Below are positions 1-8,833 of a stretch of DNA of 24,000 nt, in pieces (position 1 is the first letter of the stretch; every line of letters begins with the position of its first letter). Below the pieces are notes generated by a model that saw nothing but the letters and a program-made list of their open reading frames with translations, made no database searches and had not been told where the DNA came from. This stretch comes from Actinopolymorpha cephalotaxi. GTDB lineage: Bacteria; Actinomycetota; Actinomycetes; Propionibacteriales; Actinopolymorphaceae. Made by a program: the position numbers and the translations under genes. The stretch spans positions 1,548,850 to 1,572,849 of the forward strand of contig NZ_JACBZA010000001.1 in NCBI RefSeq assembly GCF_013408535.1, written 5' to 3'.

Positions 1-85
1 GCGCTTGGCCATGGTCGGCTGCTGGGTCCTTCCTCAAGGTCTGCTGGGCCATGCCGGGTCGGCTGCCCCGGCACGGGTGGTTGCG

Positions 86-1030
86 TCAGGCGGACGGCGC
101 CGGCTGCTCCCGGGACTCCAGCGCCTGGCGGTAGAGCCGGCCGGCGCGGTAGGAGGAGCGGACGAGCGGTCCGGACATCACTCCCGCAAAGCCTAGTCCA
201 CTCGCCTCCTCGGAGAGTTCGACGAACTCCTCCGGCTTCACCCAGCGCTCGACCGGGTGGTGGCGCACGGAGGGGCGGAGGTACTGCGTGATCGTCAGCA
301 ACTCGCAGCCGGCGTCCACCAGGTCGCGCATCGCCGCGCTGATCTCGTGGCGTTCCTCGCCCATGCCCAGGATGAGGTTGGACTTGGTGACCAGGCCGTA
401 CTCCCTGGCCTGCCGGATGACGTCCAGCGAGCGTTCGTACCGGAAACCGGGGCGGATCCGCTTGAAGATCCGGGGCACGGTCTCGACGTTGTGGGCCAGC
501 ACCTCCGGCCGGGAGTCGAACACCTCGCGCAGCAGGTCGGGCTTGCCGTTGAAGTCCGGGATGAGGTTTTCCACCCCGGTGTCGGGGTTGAGCTCGTGGA
601 TGACGCGCACCGTCTCGGCGTACAGCCAGGCACCGCCGTCGGGCAGGTCGTCGCGGGCGACGCCGGTGATCGTGGCGTAGCGCAGGCCCATCTGGCGGAC
701 GCTCTCGGCCACCCGGCGCGGCTCGTCACGGTCCAGGTCGGCCGGCTTGCCGGTGTCGATCTGGCAGAAGTCGCACCGCCGGGTGCACTGGTCGCCGCCG
801 ATGAGGAAGGTCGCCTCGCGGTCCTCCCAACACTCGTAGATGTTGGGACAGCCCGCCTCCTGACACACCGTGTGCAGCCCCTCACGTTTGACCAGTGAGC
901 GGAGCTCGGTGTACTCCGGACCCATCCGGGCCCGGGTCTTGATCCATTCGGGCTTCTTCTCGATCGGTGTCCGGCTGTTGCGCGCTTCGAGCCGCAGCAG
1001 CTTTCGTCCGTCAGGGGCCAGCGCAGTCAC
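86..1030 (-). CDS. lipA: Lipoyl synthase (radical SAM)
   Basis: 314-aa ORF with a GTG start. Carries the auxiliary-cluster Cys motif [12 protein letters not shown] and the radical-SAM motif CTRRCDFC (CxxxCxxC). Resembles lipoyl synthases end to end and has strong G/C third-position bias. Confidence 0.95.
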   Translation of the reverse strand: MTALAPDGRKLLRLEARNSRTPIEKKPEWIKTRARMGPEYTELRSLVKREGLHTVCQEAGCPNIYECWEDREATFLIGGDQCTRRCDFCQIDTGKPADLDRDEPRRVAESVRQMGLRYATITGVARDDLPDGGAWLYAETVRVIHELNPDTGVENLIPDFNGKPDLLREVFDSRPEVLAHNVETVPRIFKRIRPGFRYERSLDVIRQAREYGLVTKSNLILGMGEERHEISAAMRDLVDAGCELLTITQYLRPSVRHHPVERWVKPEEFVELSEEASGLGFAGVMSGPLVRSSYRAGRLYRQALESREQPAPSA

Positions 1031-1133
1031 CCCCTCAGCGTACGGTGCGGTGGCGAGTCGTCCGGAAGTGCGTGCGTACGCCGCCCTCCCGTGCCCCGGG
1101 TTTGCCGCTCGGGGTTAGGTTGTGCGCGTGTCT

Positions 1134-1715
1134 ATGTGTGTAGTCATCGCCTCGGGCAATCCGGTCAAGCGCCGCGCCACTCTCGAAGCAGTCAAGGTCG
1201 CCCTGGGTCAGGACGAGGTGGACGCCGTCACGGTGGACGTCGCCTCGGGAGTGCCGCAGCAGCCGGTCGGCGACGAGGAGACCCTGCGCGGTGCCCGTAA
1301 CCGCGCCGAGGCCGCCCGTCAGGACCGCCCGGACGCCAACCTGTGGGTCGGGGTCGAGGGCGGCGTGATCGAACGCGACGGCGCCCTGGACTGCATGGCC
1401 TGGATCGTCGTCCTCGGCCGCCGCGGGCCCGACGGTCCGGTTATCCGGGGCGAAAGCCGGACCGCGACGTTCGCCCTCCCCGCGGAGATCGCCGACCGGG
1501 TTCGCGCGGGTGTGGAGCTCGGCACCGCCACCGACGACGTACTGGGCGGAACCGACACCAAGTCCACGACCGGGACGGTCGGCCCGCTCACCGGCGGTGT
1601 CATCGACCGGGTGGCGTTCTACGCCCACGCGCTGGTGCTGGCGATGGTGCCGTTCCGCAACGTCGACCTGACGTTCCCGTCGGCGGAGCCGGTGCTCGGC
1701 GGACGCCCGGAGTAG
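1134..1715 (+). CDS. yjjX: Inosine/xanthosine triphosphatase, YjjX (DUF84) family
   Basis: The product of ORF 1122-1715 matches E. coli YjjX along its length as I recall it (VVIASGNPVK, SGVPQQPVGDEETLRGARNRA, FYAHALVLAMVPF). ATG 1134 gives the family-typical N-terminus MCVVIASGNP. GTG 1122 and GTG 1128 are alternative starts. Confidence 0.82.
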   Translation: MCVVIASGNPVKRRATLEAVKVALGQDEVDAVTVDVASGVPQQPVGDEETLRGARNRAEAARQDRPDANLWVGVEGGVIERDGALDCMAWIVVLGRRGPDGPVIRGESRTATFALPAEIADRVRAGVELGTATDDVLGGTDTKSTTGTVGPLTGGVIDRVAFYAHALVLAMVPFRNVDLTFPSAEPVLGGRPE

Positions 1716-1718
1716 TCC

Positions 1719-2378
1719 TCAGGCCACCTGGCCGGCCACCGGAGCCAGCGCCTCGGTGAGCCGGCGTTCGACGGAGTCGAGCACGTCTGCCACCCCCACC
1801 GGCCGGCCCAGCTCGACCGACAGCGAGGTCGTGCCCGCGTCGGTGATGCCACAGGGTACGAAACGGTCGTACGCCGACAGGTCGCAGTCGCAGTTGAGCG
1901 CGAACCCGTGCATGGTTACGCCCTGGGCGACCCGCAGCCCGATGGCGGCGATCTTGCGGTCGGGGCCGCGTTCGTCGGCTCGCACCCACACCCCGCTGCG
2001 GCCCTCGATCCGGTCCGTGTGGACACCCGCGTCGGCGCAGACCGCGATCAGCGCGTCCTCGAGCCGGCGGACGAACGCCACCACGTCGATCGGCTCGGTC
2101 AGCCGCACGATCGGGTAGCCGACCAGCTGACCGGGACCGTGCCAGGTGAGCTTGCCGCCGCGGTCCACGTCGATGACGGGGGTACCGTCGACCGGGCGCT
2201 CGTGCGGCTCGGTCCGCTTGCCGGCGGTGAAGACCGCCTCGTGCTCCAGCAGAAGCACCGTGTCGGGGGCCTGGCCGGCGACGCGCGCGGCATGCACCTC
2301 GCGCTGACGTGCCCAGGCGGTGGTGTAGTCGACCGCGTCCGGCCCGAAGCCGGCCCGGACGAACCGCGGGGAACCCAT
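1719..2378 (-). CDS. lipB: Octanoyltransferase (lipoyl(octanoyl) transferase)
   Basis: 219-aa ORF with LipB motifs [20 protein letters not shown] and FVPCGI (catalytic Cys region). Its stop lies 3 nt from the convergent yjjX stop. Confidence 0.93.
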   Translation of the reverse strand: MGSPRFVRAGFGPDAVDYTTAWARQREVHAARVAGQAPDTVLLLEHEAVFTAGKRTEPHERPVDGTPVIDVDRGGKLTWHGPGQLVGYPIVRLTEPIDVVAFVRRLEDALIAVCADAGVHTDRIEGRSGVWVRADERGPDRKIAAIGLRVAQGVTMHGFALNCDCDLSAYDRFVPCGITDAGTTSLSVELGRPVGVADVLDSVERRLTEALAPVAGQVA

Positions 2379-2472
2379 GCCCGCAGCTTAGAACGCTCCC
2401 GGATCCCCGCCGTGGAACGGGTCTCGCCGCGACGCGCTCCCGACTCGATCACCATGGAATCATTGGCCCACT

Positions 2473-4092
2473 ATGCAGGGTGACTTCCACGTCGACGGAT
2501 ACGACATCGAGGGGTTGCTGGGCGCCGGACCGGCGGGTGAGGTCTGGCTGGCCCGGGAGCCGGCCTCGGGTGCACAGGCGGCCCTGAAGCGGGTCCGTCC
2601 CCGGGACACCGCCGCGCAGGAGGAGGCCGGCCGGATCGTCTCCGCGCTGGAGCCCCTGGACCACCCGCACCTGCTGCGGATCCGGGAGATGCTGCCGTAC
2701 GAGCGTGAGGTGGTGTTCGTCCTCGACTACGCCGAGGGCGGCAGCCTCGGCCAGCTGCTGCTGGCCCGGCCGGCGCTCGACCCCGGTGAGGTCGTCACGG
2801 TGGCGACCGCCATGGCCGGCGCGCTGGAAGCGGTGCACCGGCGCGGCATCGTGCACGGGGACGTGACGCCGGAGAACGTACTCTTCACCGCCGACGCCCG
2901 CCCGCTGCTCGCCGACGCCGGGCTGCTGCGACTCGTGGAGGGCGGCGAGGCTGGCACCGTCGGCTACTCCGACCCGGCTGGCCACGACGGCACGCCGCCG
3001 ACGCCGGCCGGTGACGTCTACGGGCTGGCCGCCGTCTGCTACACCGCGCTGACCGGGGCGACACCGGAGACCGGGGTCGGCCGCCGCCCGCTGCACCAGA
3101 TGGCGCCGGGGGTTCCGCCGGCGCTGGCGCACATCGTCGAGGCCGGCCTGCAGGCCCGGCCCTCACAGCGCCCGGCGATGGCGCAGTTCGGCGCCCAGCT
3201 CGCCGCGGCCTGCCCGACCTCGCCGGTCCGCTTCCCGTCCGGTTCGGGTGGCGGAGACTCCGCGCCGTTCGGTCCGAACCTCGGGCCCGGCACCGAGTCC
3301 GGCACCGACTTGGGCAGCGACTCCGGCACGCGGGGCGGATGGGATCCGGCACGGGGGAGCGGGACCCGGCCGCGCGCAGCCGGGCCGACCCCGCCACCGG
3401 ACTTCCCGAGCGCGTACGGCGACACCGGCGCGGCGCCCGCGGAAGCGGGCCACGCGCCGGCGGCCGAGGCGACGGACTCGGAAGACTCCGAGGACACCGA
3501 GGACACCGAAGGCGTCGACGAGGCCAGGCGTTCGGGCCGCCGGCGGCTGCTCCTGCTGGCCGGTGTTCCGGTGCTGCTGGTGGTGGTCGCGGTCTCCGGC
3601 GTACTCGGCTGGCGGGCCGTCCGCGAGCCCGCCGCCGATCCCACACCGACCTCGACCATGGCGGCCATGTCGCCGGCTGAGGCCCGGTGGGCGAAGGTGC
3701 TGGACGACCTCGACGTACGCCGGGCCAGGGCCTGGAAGGAGTGGAAACCCGCACTGCTCAACCAGGTCTACACGCCAGGCTCCGTCCCGATGAACGACGA
3801 CCTCACCAGGCTGCGGAAGTACGAGCAGGGTGGCGTCACCAGCGTGGACGGTCTTCGTACGCCGATCCGTTCCCTGCATGTGGTGTCGCAGGGCTCGGAC
3901 CGCGTGGTCGTGGACGCCGAGAGCCAGCTGCAGCGCTACCGCATCCAGATCGACGGCAACTACTATCCGCGCGACGGCGAGCCACCGAGGCGTTTCCGCA
4001 TCACCCTCGAACGCTCCGGCACCGACGGCGGCTGGCTGATCGCCGCGAGCAGGGAGATCGCCGGGACGACGCCGGCCGAGCCGTCCCGCTAG
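2473..4092 (+). CDS. Membrane-spanning Hanks-type Ser/Thr kinase-like protein with atypical catalytic loop (paralogue 1)
   Basis: 539 aa. Kinase-fold motifs: G-loop LGAGPAGEVW, beta3 AALK (K39), catalytic loop HGDVTPEN at 128-135 (canonical HRDLKPxN, so Arg->Gly and Lys->Thr), DAG for DFG at 148-150, GTVGYSDPA instead of GT..Y.APE, and DVYGLAAVCYTALTG (subdomain IX). These are followed by a Pro/Gly-rich linker, an acidic run DSEDSEDTEDTE, an RRSGRRR cluster plus one TM helix (about aa 358-380), and an extracytoplasmic C-domain of about 130 aa. Confidence 0.85.
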   Translation: MQGDFHVDGYDIEGLLGAGPAGEVWLAREPASGAQAALKRVRPRDTAAQEEAGRIVSALEPLDHPHLLRIREMLPYEREVVFVLDYAEGGSLGQLLLARPALDPGEVVTVATAMAGALEAVHRRGIVHGDVTPENVLFTADARPLLADAGLLRLVEGGEAGTVGYSDPAGHDGTPPTPAGDVYGLAAVCYTALTGATPETGVGRRPLHQMAPGVPPALAHIVEAGLQARPSQRPAMAQFGAQLAAACPTSPVRFPSGSGGGDSAPFGPNLGPGTESGTDLGSDSGTRGGWDPARGSGTRPRAAGPTPPPDFPSAYGDTGAAPAEAGHAPAAEATDSEDSEDTEDTEGVDEARRSGRRRLLLLAGVPVLLVVVAVSGVLGWRAVREPAADPTPTSTMAAMSPAEARWAKVLDDLDVRRARAWKEWKPALLNQVYTPGSVPMNDDLTRLRKYEQGGVTSVDGLRTPIRSLHVVSQGSDRVVVDAESQLQRYRIQIDGNYYPRDGEPPRRFRITLERSGTDGGWLIAASREIAGTTPAEPSR

Positions 4093-4110
4093 GGTTTCGG
4101 CCTCCGGCGA

Positions 4111-4209
4111 GACCGTTCGAGACCGTTCGAGACCGTTCGACAAGCGACACCGTTCGAGGCTGTTCGACGAGCGACACCGTCCGACGACGACACCGTTCAG
4201 ACCGTACGA
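4111..4209. repeat. Phased 10-bp direct-repeat array in the spacer between the two kinase paralogues
   Basis: gaccgttcga occurs three times in perfect tandem (4111-4140). Degenerate copies of the core ACCGTTCGA follow: caccgttcgag, gctgttcgacg, caccgtccgacg, caccgttcag, accgtacgag. The array lies in the 126-bp non-coding spacer between the upstream stop (ends 4092) and the downstream SD GAGAGG (4208-4213). Confidence 0.85.
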
Positions 4210-4218
4210 GAGGCGACC

Positions 4219-5844
4219 ATGGGGGCGCAGTTTCGCGTTCAGGGGTACGACCTGGGTGCGCTGATCAGCGCGAGCGCCACCGGCGAGGTGTGGGAGGCCC
4301 ACCGCCACGGCACCGGTGACCACGTTGCCCTGCGGCGGATCCGCCCCCGCACACCGGACGCACGGGAGGACGTACGCCGGTTGGCGGCCGTCCTCGCCAT
4401 GATCGGCCATCCGCACCTGGTGCGGGTGCACGAGGCGCTGCCCCTCGGGGACGAGGTCGTCTGGGTGCTGGACCACGCCGACGGCGGCAGCCTCGACCAG
4501 CTCCTGCACGGGCGCGGCCAGCTGGATCCCGGTGAGGTGGTCACCACGGCCGCACCGGTGGCCGAGGCACTGGCCGCGGCGCACGAGCGCGGGCTCCTGC
4601 ACGGCGACGTGACTCCGGAGGCGATCCTCTACACCGCCGAGGGGCGGCCCCTGCTCACCGACGTGGGCGTTCTCGCGCTGGTCGAGGGCGGCGAGAGTCT
4701 CGGCACGCACGGCTACACCGATCCCGACGGCCCGCCCGGACCCGCGACCACCCCGGCCGGGGACGTCTACGGGCTGGCCGCGGTCTGCTACACCGCGCTG
4801 ACCGGGGTGGTCCCGCGGCCGGGCCAGGCCCGCCCGCCGCTGGCCGAGGCCGTGCCCGACGCACCACCCGGCCTGCTGCACGCCGTCGGAGCGGGACTTC
4901 AGCCGGTGGCTGCTCGCCGGCCCACCGCCGCGCAGTTCGCCGACCTCCTCTACGCCGCGTGCCCGCCGGCGCCGGTGCGCTTCCCGGTCGGGCTGGTACT
5001 CACCGACGCCGACCTCGCGGCGATGACCGGCGCCTCCCCGGCTCCGGAAGCCCCTGCTGCCACCCCGGAGGACGGATCGCCTCCGGCGAGCCCGACCGCC
5101 GAGCGCACCTCGGCTGATCCGGGTGAGTTCACCGTGCCCGGTGTACCCGGCGGCCCGGACGGCGACCTGGATCTGGACCTGGACGACGAAGACGACGAAC
5201 GCCGCTCACGGATTCGCGTGATCGCCGCCGCGGCGGCCGTGGTGGTGCTGGTCGCCGGCGCGGTCGTCGGCGGGATCGCCTGGGCGAAGCGTTCCGACAA
5301 CGCTCCGGACGCCGGGCGGACGGCGGCGCCGAGCACCTCGCCGACGGCCCCGGCCGCGCCCGAGACTCCGGCCCCGAGCGCGACGAGCCGTCCCACGGCG
5401 AAGCCCACGCCGACGCTGAACAGGTCCGCCACGCCGCGGATTCCACCCGGCCCGGCCGGCGCGGAGGCCAGGTGGCGAAAGGTGCTCGCCACCCTGGACG
5501 CGCGCCGCGCGCAGGCGTACGCCACGAACGACCCGGCAGTGCTCGCGGGCGTCTACTACCCGGCCGGCTCCGACCTGGCTGCCGACGACCGCACCGAGAT
5601 CGACAAGTGCGTGCGCGCGGGCTGCCATCTGGAGGGCCTGCGGTTCGCGGTCCGGACGCTGCACGTCGACAGCGAACGCCCTGACCGGGCGGTGCTCCGG
5701 GTCGTCGACCAGTTGCAGGCGTACTCCGTGGTGTCCGACGACGGGGAACGAGTGCCCCGACCGGCCGGTGAGCCGAAGAACCGCCGGATCACGCTCGTAC
5801 GGACCGGCCAGGGCTGGCTGATCTCCCGGATAGAGGAGCGCTGA
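4219..5844 (+). CDS. Membrane-spanning Hanks-kinase-like protein, probable pseudokinase (paralogue 2)
   Basis: 541 aa, collinear with the upstream paralogue. G-loop degenerate (ISASATGEVW). The beta3 Lys is replaced by Arg (VALRR, position 39). The catalytic loop is HGDVTPEA, so both the Lys and the Mg-binding Asn are lost. DVG replaces DFG, and YTDPD replaces Y.APE. An acidic run DGDLDLDLDDEDDE, an RRSRIR cluster and one TM helix (about aa 333-355) precede a Pro/Ala/Thr-rich spacer and a C-domain related to that of paralogue 1. SD GAGAGG lies 5 nt upstream of the ATG. Confidence 0.85.
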   Translation: MGAQFRVQGYDLGALISASATGEVWEAHRHGTGDHVALRRIRPRTPDAREDVRRLAAVLAMIGHPHLVRVHEALPLGDEVVWVLDHADGGSLDQLLHGRGQLDPGEVVTTAAPVAEALAAAHERGLLHGDVTPEAILYTAEGRPLLTDVGVLALVEGGESLGTHGYTDPDGPPGPATTPAGDVYGLAAVCYTALTGVVPRPGQARPPLAEAVPDAPPGLLHAVGAGLQPVAARRPTAAQFADLLYAACPPAPVRFPVGLVLTDADLAAMTGASPAPEAPAATPEDGSPPASPTAERTSADPGEFTVPGVPGGPDGDLDLDLDDEDDERRSRIRVIAAAAAVVVLVAGAVVGGIAWAKRSDNAPDAGRTAAPSTSPTAPAAPETPAPSATSRPTAKPTPTLNRSATPRIPPGPAGAEARWRKVLATLDARRAQAYATNDPAVLAGVYYPAGSDLAADDRTEIDKCVRAGCHLEGLRFAVRTLHVDSERPDRAVLRVVDQLQAYSVVSDDGERVPRPAGEPKNRRITLVRTGQGWLISRIEER

Positions 5845-5877
5845 CCCGGCGCGTCGCAGCAGCGGATCGGCCCGGCC

Positions 5878-6771
5878 TCAACGGTGCAGCGCCCTGTCCA
5901 CCAGTGAGGAGACGTCGGGTGCGGCGAAGGTGAACCCCGCGTCCAGCAGCCGGCGCGGCACCAGCCGGACGCTGCCGAGCATCTCCGCGGAGAACTCCCC
6001 GAGCGCCGTGCGCAGCGCCACCGCGGGCACCGGCAGCAGCGTCGGCCGGCGCAGGGCCGCGCCGAGCACCTTGGTGAACTCGGCGTTGGTCGTGGGCTCG
6101 GGGATGGTGAGGTTGTACGGGCCGCGCGCGTCCGCTCGGCCGACCAGGAACCGCACGGCCGACAGCCAGTCGTCCAGCGCGATCATCGGGAGGTACTGCC
6201 GGCCCGATCCGAGCCGGCCGCCCGCACCGAGCCGGAACTGCAGCTCCATCACCTTGAACGCCCCGCCGGAACGGTCGAACACCGGTGACGTACGCAGGTG
6301 CACGACCCGGACGCCGGCGCGTTCGGCGGGATCGGTGGCCGCCTCCCAGTCGCGGCACAGCTCGGCGAGGAAGCCGTCGCCGGGAGGTGAGTCCTCGTCC
6401 AGCAGCAGGTCGCCGCGGTCCTTGCCGTAGTAGCCGGTGGCGCTCCCGGAGACGAACACCGGCGGCTCGGGCAGGTCGGCCAGCGCCCGGGCGAGCGTCG
6501 AGGTGGTGGCGAGCCGGCTGGTCCGGATCGTCTGCCGGTAGGACGGCGTCCACGGCACCCGGCCGATGCTGGCCCCGGCGAGGTTGACCACCGCGTCGGC
6601 GCCGGCGAGCACCTCGGCGTCGACCTGGCCCCGGTCGGGGTCCCACTGTGCCTGGTCCGCGGCCTGCGGCGGCCGGCGTACCAGCTGGGTCACCTCGTGC
6701 CCCTCGCCGGTGAGCCGCGTACGCAGCGCCTGTCCGAGGAACCCCGACGCACCCGCCAGAACGAATCTCAT
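5878..6771 (-). CDS. TIGR01777-family (YfcH-like, epimerase-fold with DUF1731) oxidoreductase
   Basis: Rossmann N-terminus MRFVLAGASGFLGQ when started at ATG 6771; the ORF-track start 6813 adds 14 aa before the GxxGxxG. Family-typical SGSATGYYG, GGRLGSGRQY.P.I.LDDW and TNAEF motifs. Occupies the same position relative to E2 and lipB as Rv2216, as I recall it. Confidence 0.85.
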   Translation of the reverse strand: MRFVLAGASGFLGQALRTRLTGEGHEVTQLVRRPPQAADQAQWDPDRGQVDAEVLAGADAVVNLAGASIGRVPWTPSYRQTIRTSRLATTSTLARALADLPEPPVFVSGSATGYYGKDRGDLLLDEDSPPGDGFLAELCRDWEAATDPAERAGVRVVHLRTSPVFDRSGGAFKVMELQFRLGAGGRLGSGRQYLPMIALDDWLSAVRFLVGRADARGPYNLTIPEPTTNAEFTKVLGAALRRPTLLPVPAVALRTALGEFSAEMLGSVRLVPRRLLDAGFTFAAPDVSSLVDRALHR

Positions 6772-6874
6772 GCGGCCAGCATGCCCTGGGAGGCGGCCCG
6801 CATGCTCAGCCAAGATCAGGTCCCGGACAGCTCGCAGTTGGCTCGGGGCTGGCTCGGGCAGGTTCAGGACGCGC

Positions 6875-6911
6875 GTCGGCCCGTCCCCGGAGAGTCCGGG
6901 AACGGGCCGAC
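6875..6911 (-). terminator. Strong stem-loop downstream of sucB (candidate intrinsic terminator)
   Basis: The minus-strand RNA reads GUCGGCCCGU-U-CCCGG / ACUCU / CCGGG-G-ACGGGCCGAC, giving 15 Watson-Crick bp. The single internal mismatch is a U.G wobble only on the minus-strand transcript (it is C/A on the plus strand). The loop is 5 nt, and the hairpin begins about 65 nt after the sucB stop. There is no U-tract. Confidence 0.5.
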
Positions 6912-6975
6912 AGGTGTCCTTGCCGGATCTGGTTCAGTCGTCACGAACCGAACGCGGGGACCGTGCGCGGAGAAC

Positions 6976-8781
6976 TCAGCTGCTGAACTCCGCGGCCACG
7001 CTGCCGTCCTCCAGCCGGGTCTTGACCGCGACCAGGAACCTCGCGGCGTCCGCCCCGTCGATCAGCCGGTGGTCGTAGCTCAGCGCGAGGTAGACCATGT
7101 GCCGGATGGCGATGGTCTCCCCGAGCGGGGTGTCGACCACGACCGGCCGCTTCACCACCGAGCCGGTGCCCAGGATGGCGACCTGCGGCTGAAAGAAGAT
7201 CGGCGTGTCGAACAACGCGCCCCGGCTGCCGGTGTTGGTGATGGTGAACGTGCCGCCGGAGATCTCGTTCGGCGTGATCTTGTTGGTACGGGTGCGCTCG
7301 GCCAGGTCGGTGATCCGCTTGGCGAGCCCGGTGACGTTGAGGTCACCGGCGTCGTGGATGACCGGCACCATCAGCCCGCGCTCGGTGTCGACCGCGATCA
7401 CGAGGTTCTCGTTGGCGTGGTAGGTCACCTCGCCCTTGTCCAGGTCCAGGCTGGCGTTGAGCTTCGGGTGCTCCTTGAGTGCCTCCAGCGCCGCCTTGGC
7501 GAAGAACGGCAGGAAGGACAGCTTGATGCCCTCCCGCTGCTGGAAGCCGCGCTTGGCCCGGTCACGGATCCGGGCGATGGCCGTCACGTCGACCTCGACC
7601 ACCGTGGTGAGCTGGGCGGTGTTCTGCAGCGACTCGTGCACCCGCTGGGCGATCACCTTGCGGGGCCGGCTGAGCTTCTCGGTCGTGCCGCGCAGCGGGC
7701 TGGGCTGGGCCGGCGCGGACTGGACGGCCGGCGCCGCACCGGGCAGGCCCTCGGCGGACTCCGCCTGCTGGCTGGTGGCCTTCTCCGCCTCCTGCCGGGC
7801 CTTCGCCGCGTCCAGCACGTCCTGCTTGCGGATGCGCCCGCCGACGCCGGTGCCGGACACCGAGGACAGGTCGACCTGGTGCTCGGCCGCCAGCTTGCGT
7901 ACCAGCGGAGTGACGTACGCCGCCGATCCCTCGTCGGTGGCGGCCGGCTTCTGCGCCGCGGGGCGGGCCGGCTCCTGGCGGGCCGCCGGCTGCTCGGGCT
8001 CACGCCTCGGCTCGGGCTTGGCCTCAGGCTTCGGCTCGGCCTTCTGCTCCGGCTTCGGCTCCGGCTCGGCCTTCTGGGCCGGCTTCTCCTCGGCCTGCTC
8101 CGGCTCGGTGGGCTTCGGCGCGGCGTGCCGGGGGGCCGCCGCGGCACCGCTGGAGATCACACCGAGTTCGGCGCCGACCTCGACGGTCTCGTCCTCGGCG
8201 ACGGTGATCTGCACCAGGGTGCCGGCGCTCGGGGCCGGGATCTCGGTGTCCACCTTGTCGGTGGAGACCTCCAGCAGCGGCTCGTCGACCTCGACCTTGT
8301 CGCCGACCTGCTTCAGCCAGCGGGTGACGGTGCCCTCGGTGACGCTCTCGCCGAGCGCGGGCAGGGTGACCGAGGTGCCCTCGGCGGACCCGCCGTCCGA
8401 GGCGTTCGCGGACGCCGGGGCGGGCTCCTCCTGCTCCTGCGCGGCCGCGTCCTCCGCCGGCTCCTCCTCCTGAGCGGGTTCCTGCTCGGACTCCTGCTCG
8501 GCCTGGGCGGAGTCGTCCGCGCCGCCGTCCTCGGCCTGTTCGCCCTCCGAACCGATGACGGCGAGTTCGGCGCCGACCTCGACGGTCTCGTCCTCACCGA
8601 CGGTGATCTGCAGCAGGACGCCGGCACTCGGCGCGGGAATCTCGGTGTCGACCTTGTCCGTGGAGACCTCGAGCAGCGGCTCGTCAGCCTGGACGGTTTC
8701 GCCCACCTGCTTCAGCCACCGCGTGACAGTTCCCTCGGTGACGCTCTCCCCTAGGGCGGGAAGGGTGACGGAGACCGGCAT
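6976..8781 (-). CDS. sucB: Dihydrolipoamide acyl(succinyl)transferase, E2 component with two lipoyl domains
   Basis: 601 aa. Contains two lipoyl domains (both [21 protein letters not shown]...[19 protein letters not shown]), Ala/Pro/Glu-rich linkers, a peripheral-subunit-binding segment ([34 protein letters not shown]) and a catalytic domain with [16 protein letters not shown]. Confidence 0.95.
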   Translation of the reverse strand: MPVSVTLPALGESVTEGTVTRWLKQVGETVQADEPLLEVSTDKVDTEIPAPSAGVLLQITVGEDETVEVGAELAVIGSEGEQAEDGGADDSAQAEQESEQEPAQEEEPAEDAAAQEQEEPAPASANASDGGSAEGTSVTLPALGESVTEGTVTRWLKQVGDKVEVDEPLLEVSTDKVDTEIPAPSAGTLVQITVAEDETVEVGAELGVISSGAAAAPRHAAPKPTEPEQAEEKPAQKAEPEPKPEQKAEPKPEAKPEPRREPEQPAARQEPARPAAQKPAATDEGSAAYVTPLVRKLAAEHQVDLSSVSGTGVGGRIRKQDVLDAAKARQEAEKATSQQAESAEGLPGAAPAVQSAPAQPSPLRGTTEKLSRPRKVIAQRVHESLQNTAQLTTVVEVDVTAIARIRDRAKRGFQQREGIKLSFLPFFAKAALEALKEHPKLNASLDLDKGEVTYHANENLVIAVDTERGLMVPVIHDAGDLNVTGLAKRITDLAERTRTNKITPNEISGGTFTITNTGSRGALFDTPIFFQPQVAILGTGSVVKRPVVVDTPLGETIAIRHMVYLALSYDHRLIDGADAARFLVAVKTRLEDGSVAAEFSS

Positions 8782-8833
8782 GCTTGCTCCTTGTCGTGGT
8801 TATTCCGAACCTGGGCCTTGGGGATGAGGCGCC

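Noticed and set aside
1-85. Start of the gene downstream of lipA (minus strand) and the plus-strand track ORF 5-196
   Set aside because: On the minus strand two ATGs (at 52 and at 12) open frames that run off the window, and GAGGAAGGA lies 16 nt before the second. With at most 17 codons visible I cannot choose or name a product; DUF4191 would be expected from synteny. ORF 5-196 overlaps the lipA 3' end antisense and looks spurious.
4111-4209. CRISPR array
   Set aside because: The units are only 10 bp, directly abutting or separated by a few degenerate bases, with no unique spacers of phage-like length and no cas genes in the window.
3163-4881. 572-aa minus-strand ORF, plus 2449-3132, 2885-3754 and 3039-3761
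   Set aside because: Antisense or out-of-frame shadows of the two kinase-like genes. Only the plus-strand frames carry kinase motifs and the expected G/C third-position bias.
6697-8754. 685-aa plus-strand ORF
   Set aside because: It lies entirely antisense to sucB. The product is Arg/Gly/Leu/Asp-rich low complexity (the mirror of the E2 codons), and the minus strand carries unambiguous lipoyl and catalytic domains. This is a typical high-GC shadow ORF.
8152-8775. Internal about 225-bp repeat inside sucB (offset 399 nt)
   Set aside because: This is the normal duplication of the lipoyl domain in actinobacterial E2 proteins. The two DNA copies differ at many synonymous sites, so it is neither a recent duplication nor an assembly artefact.
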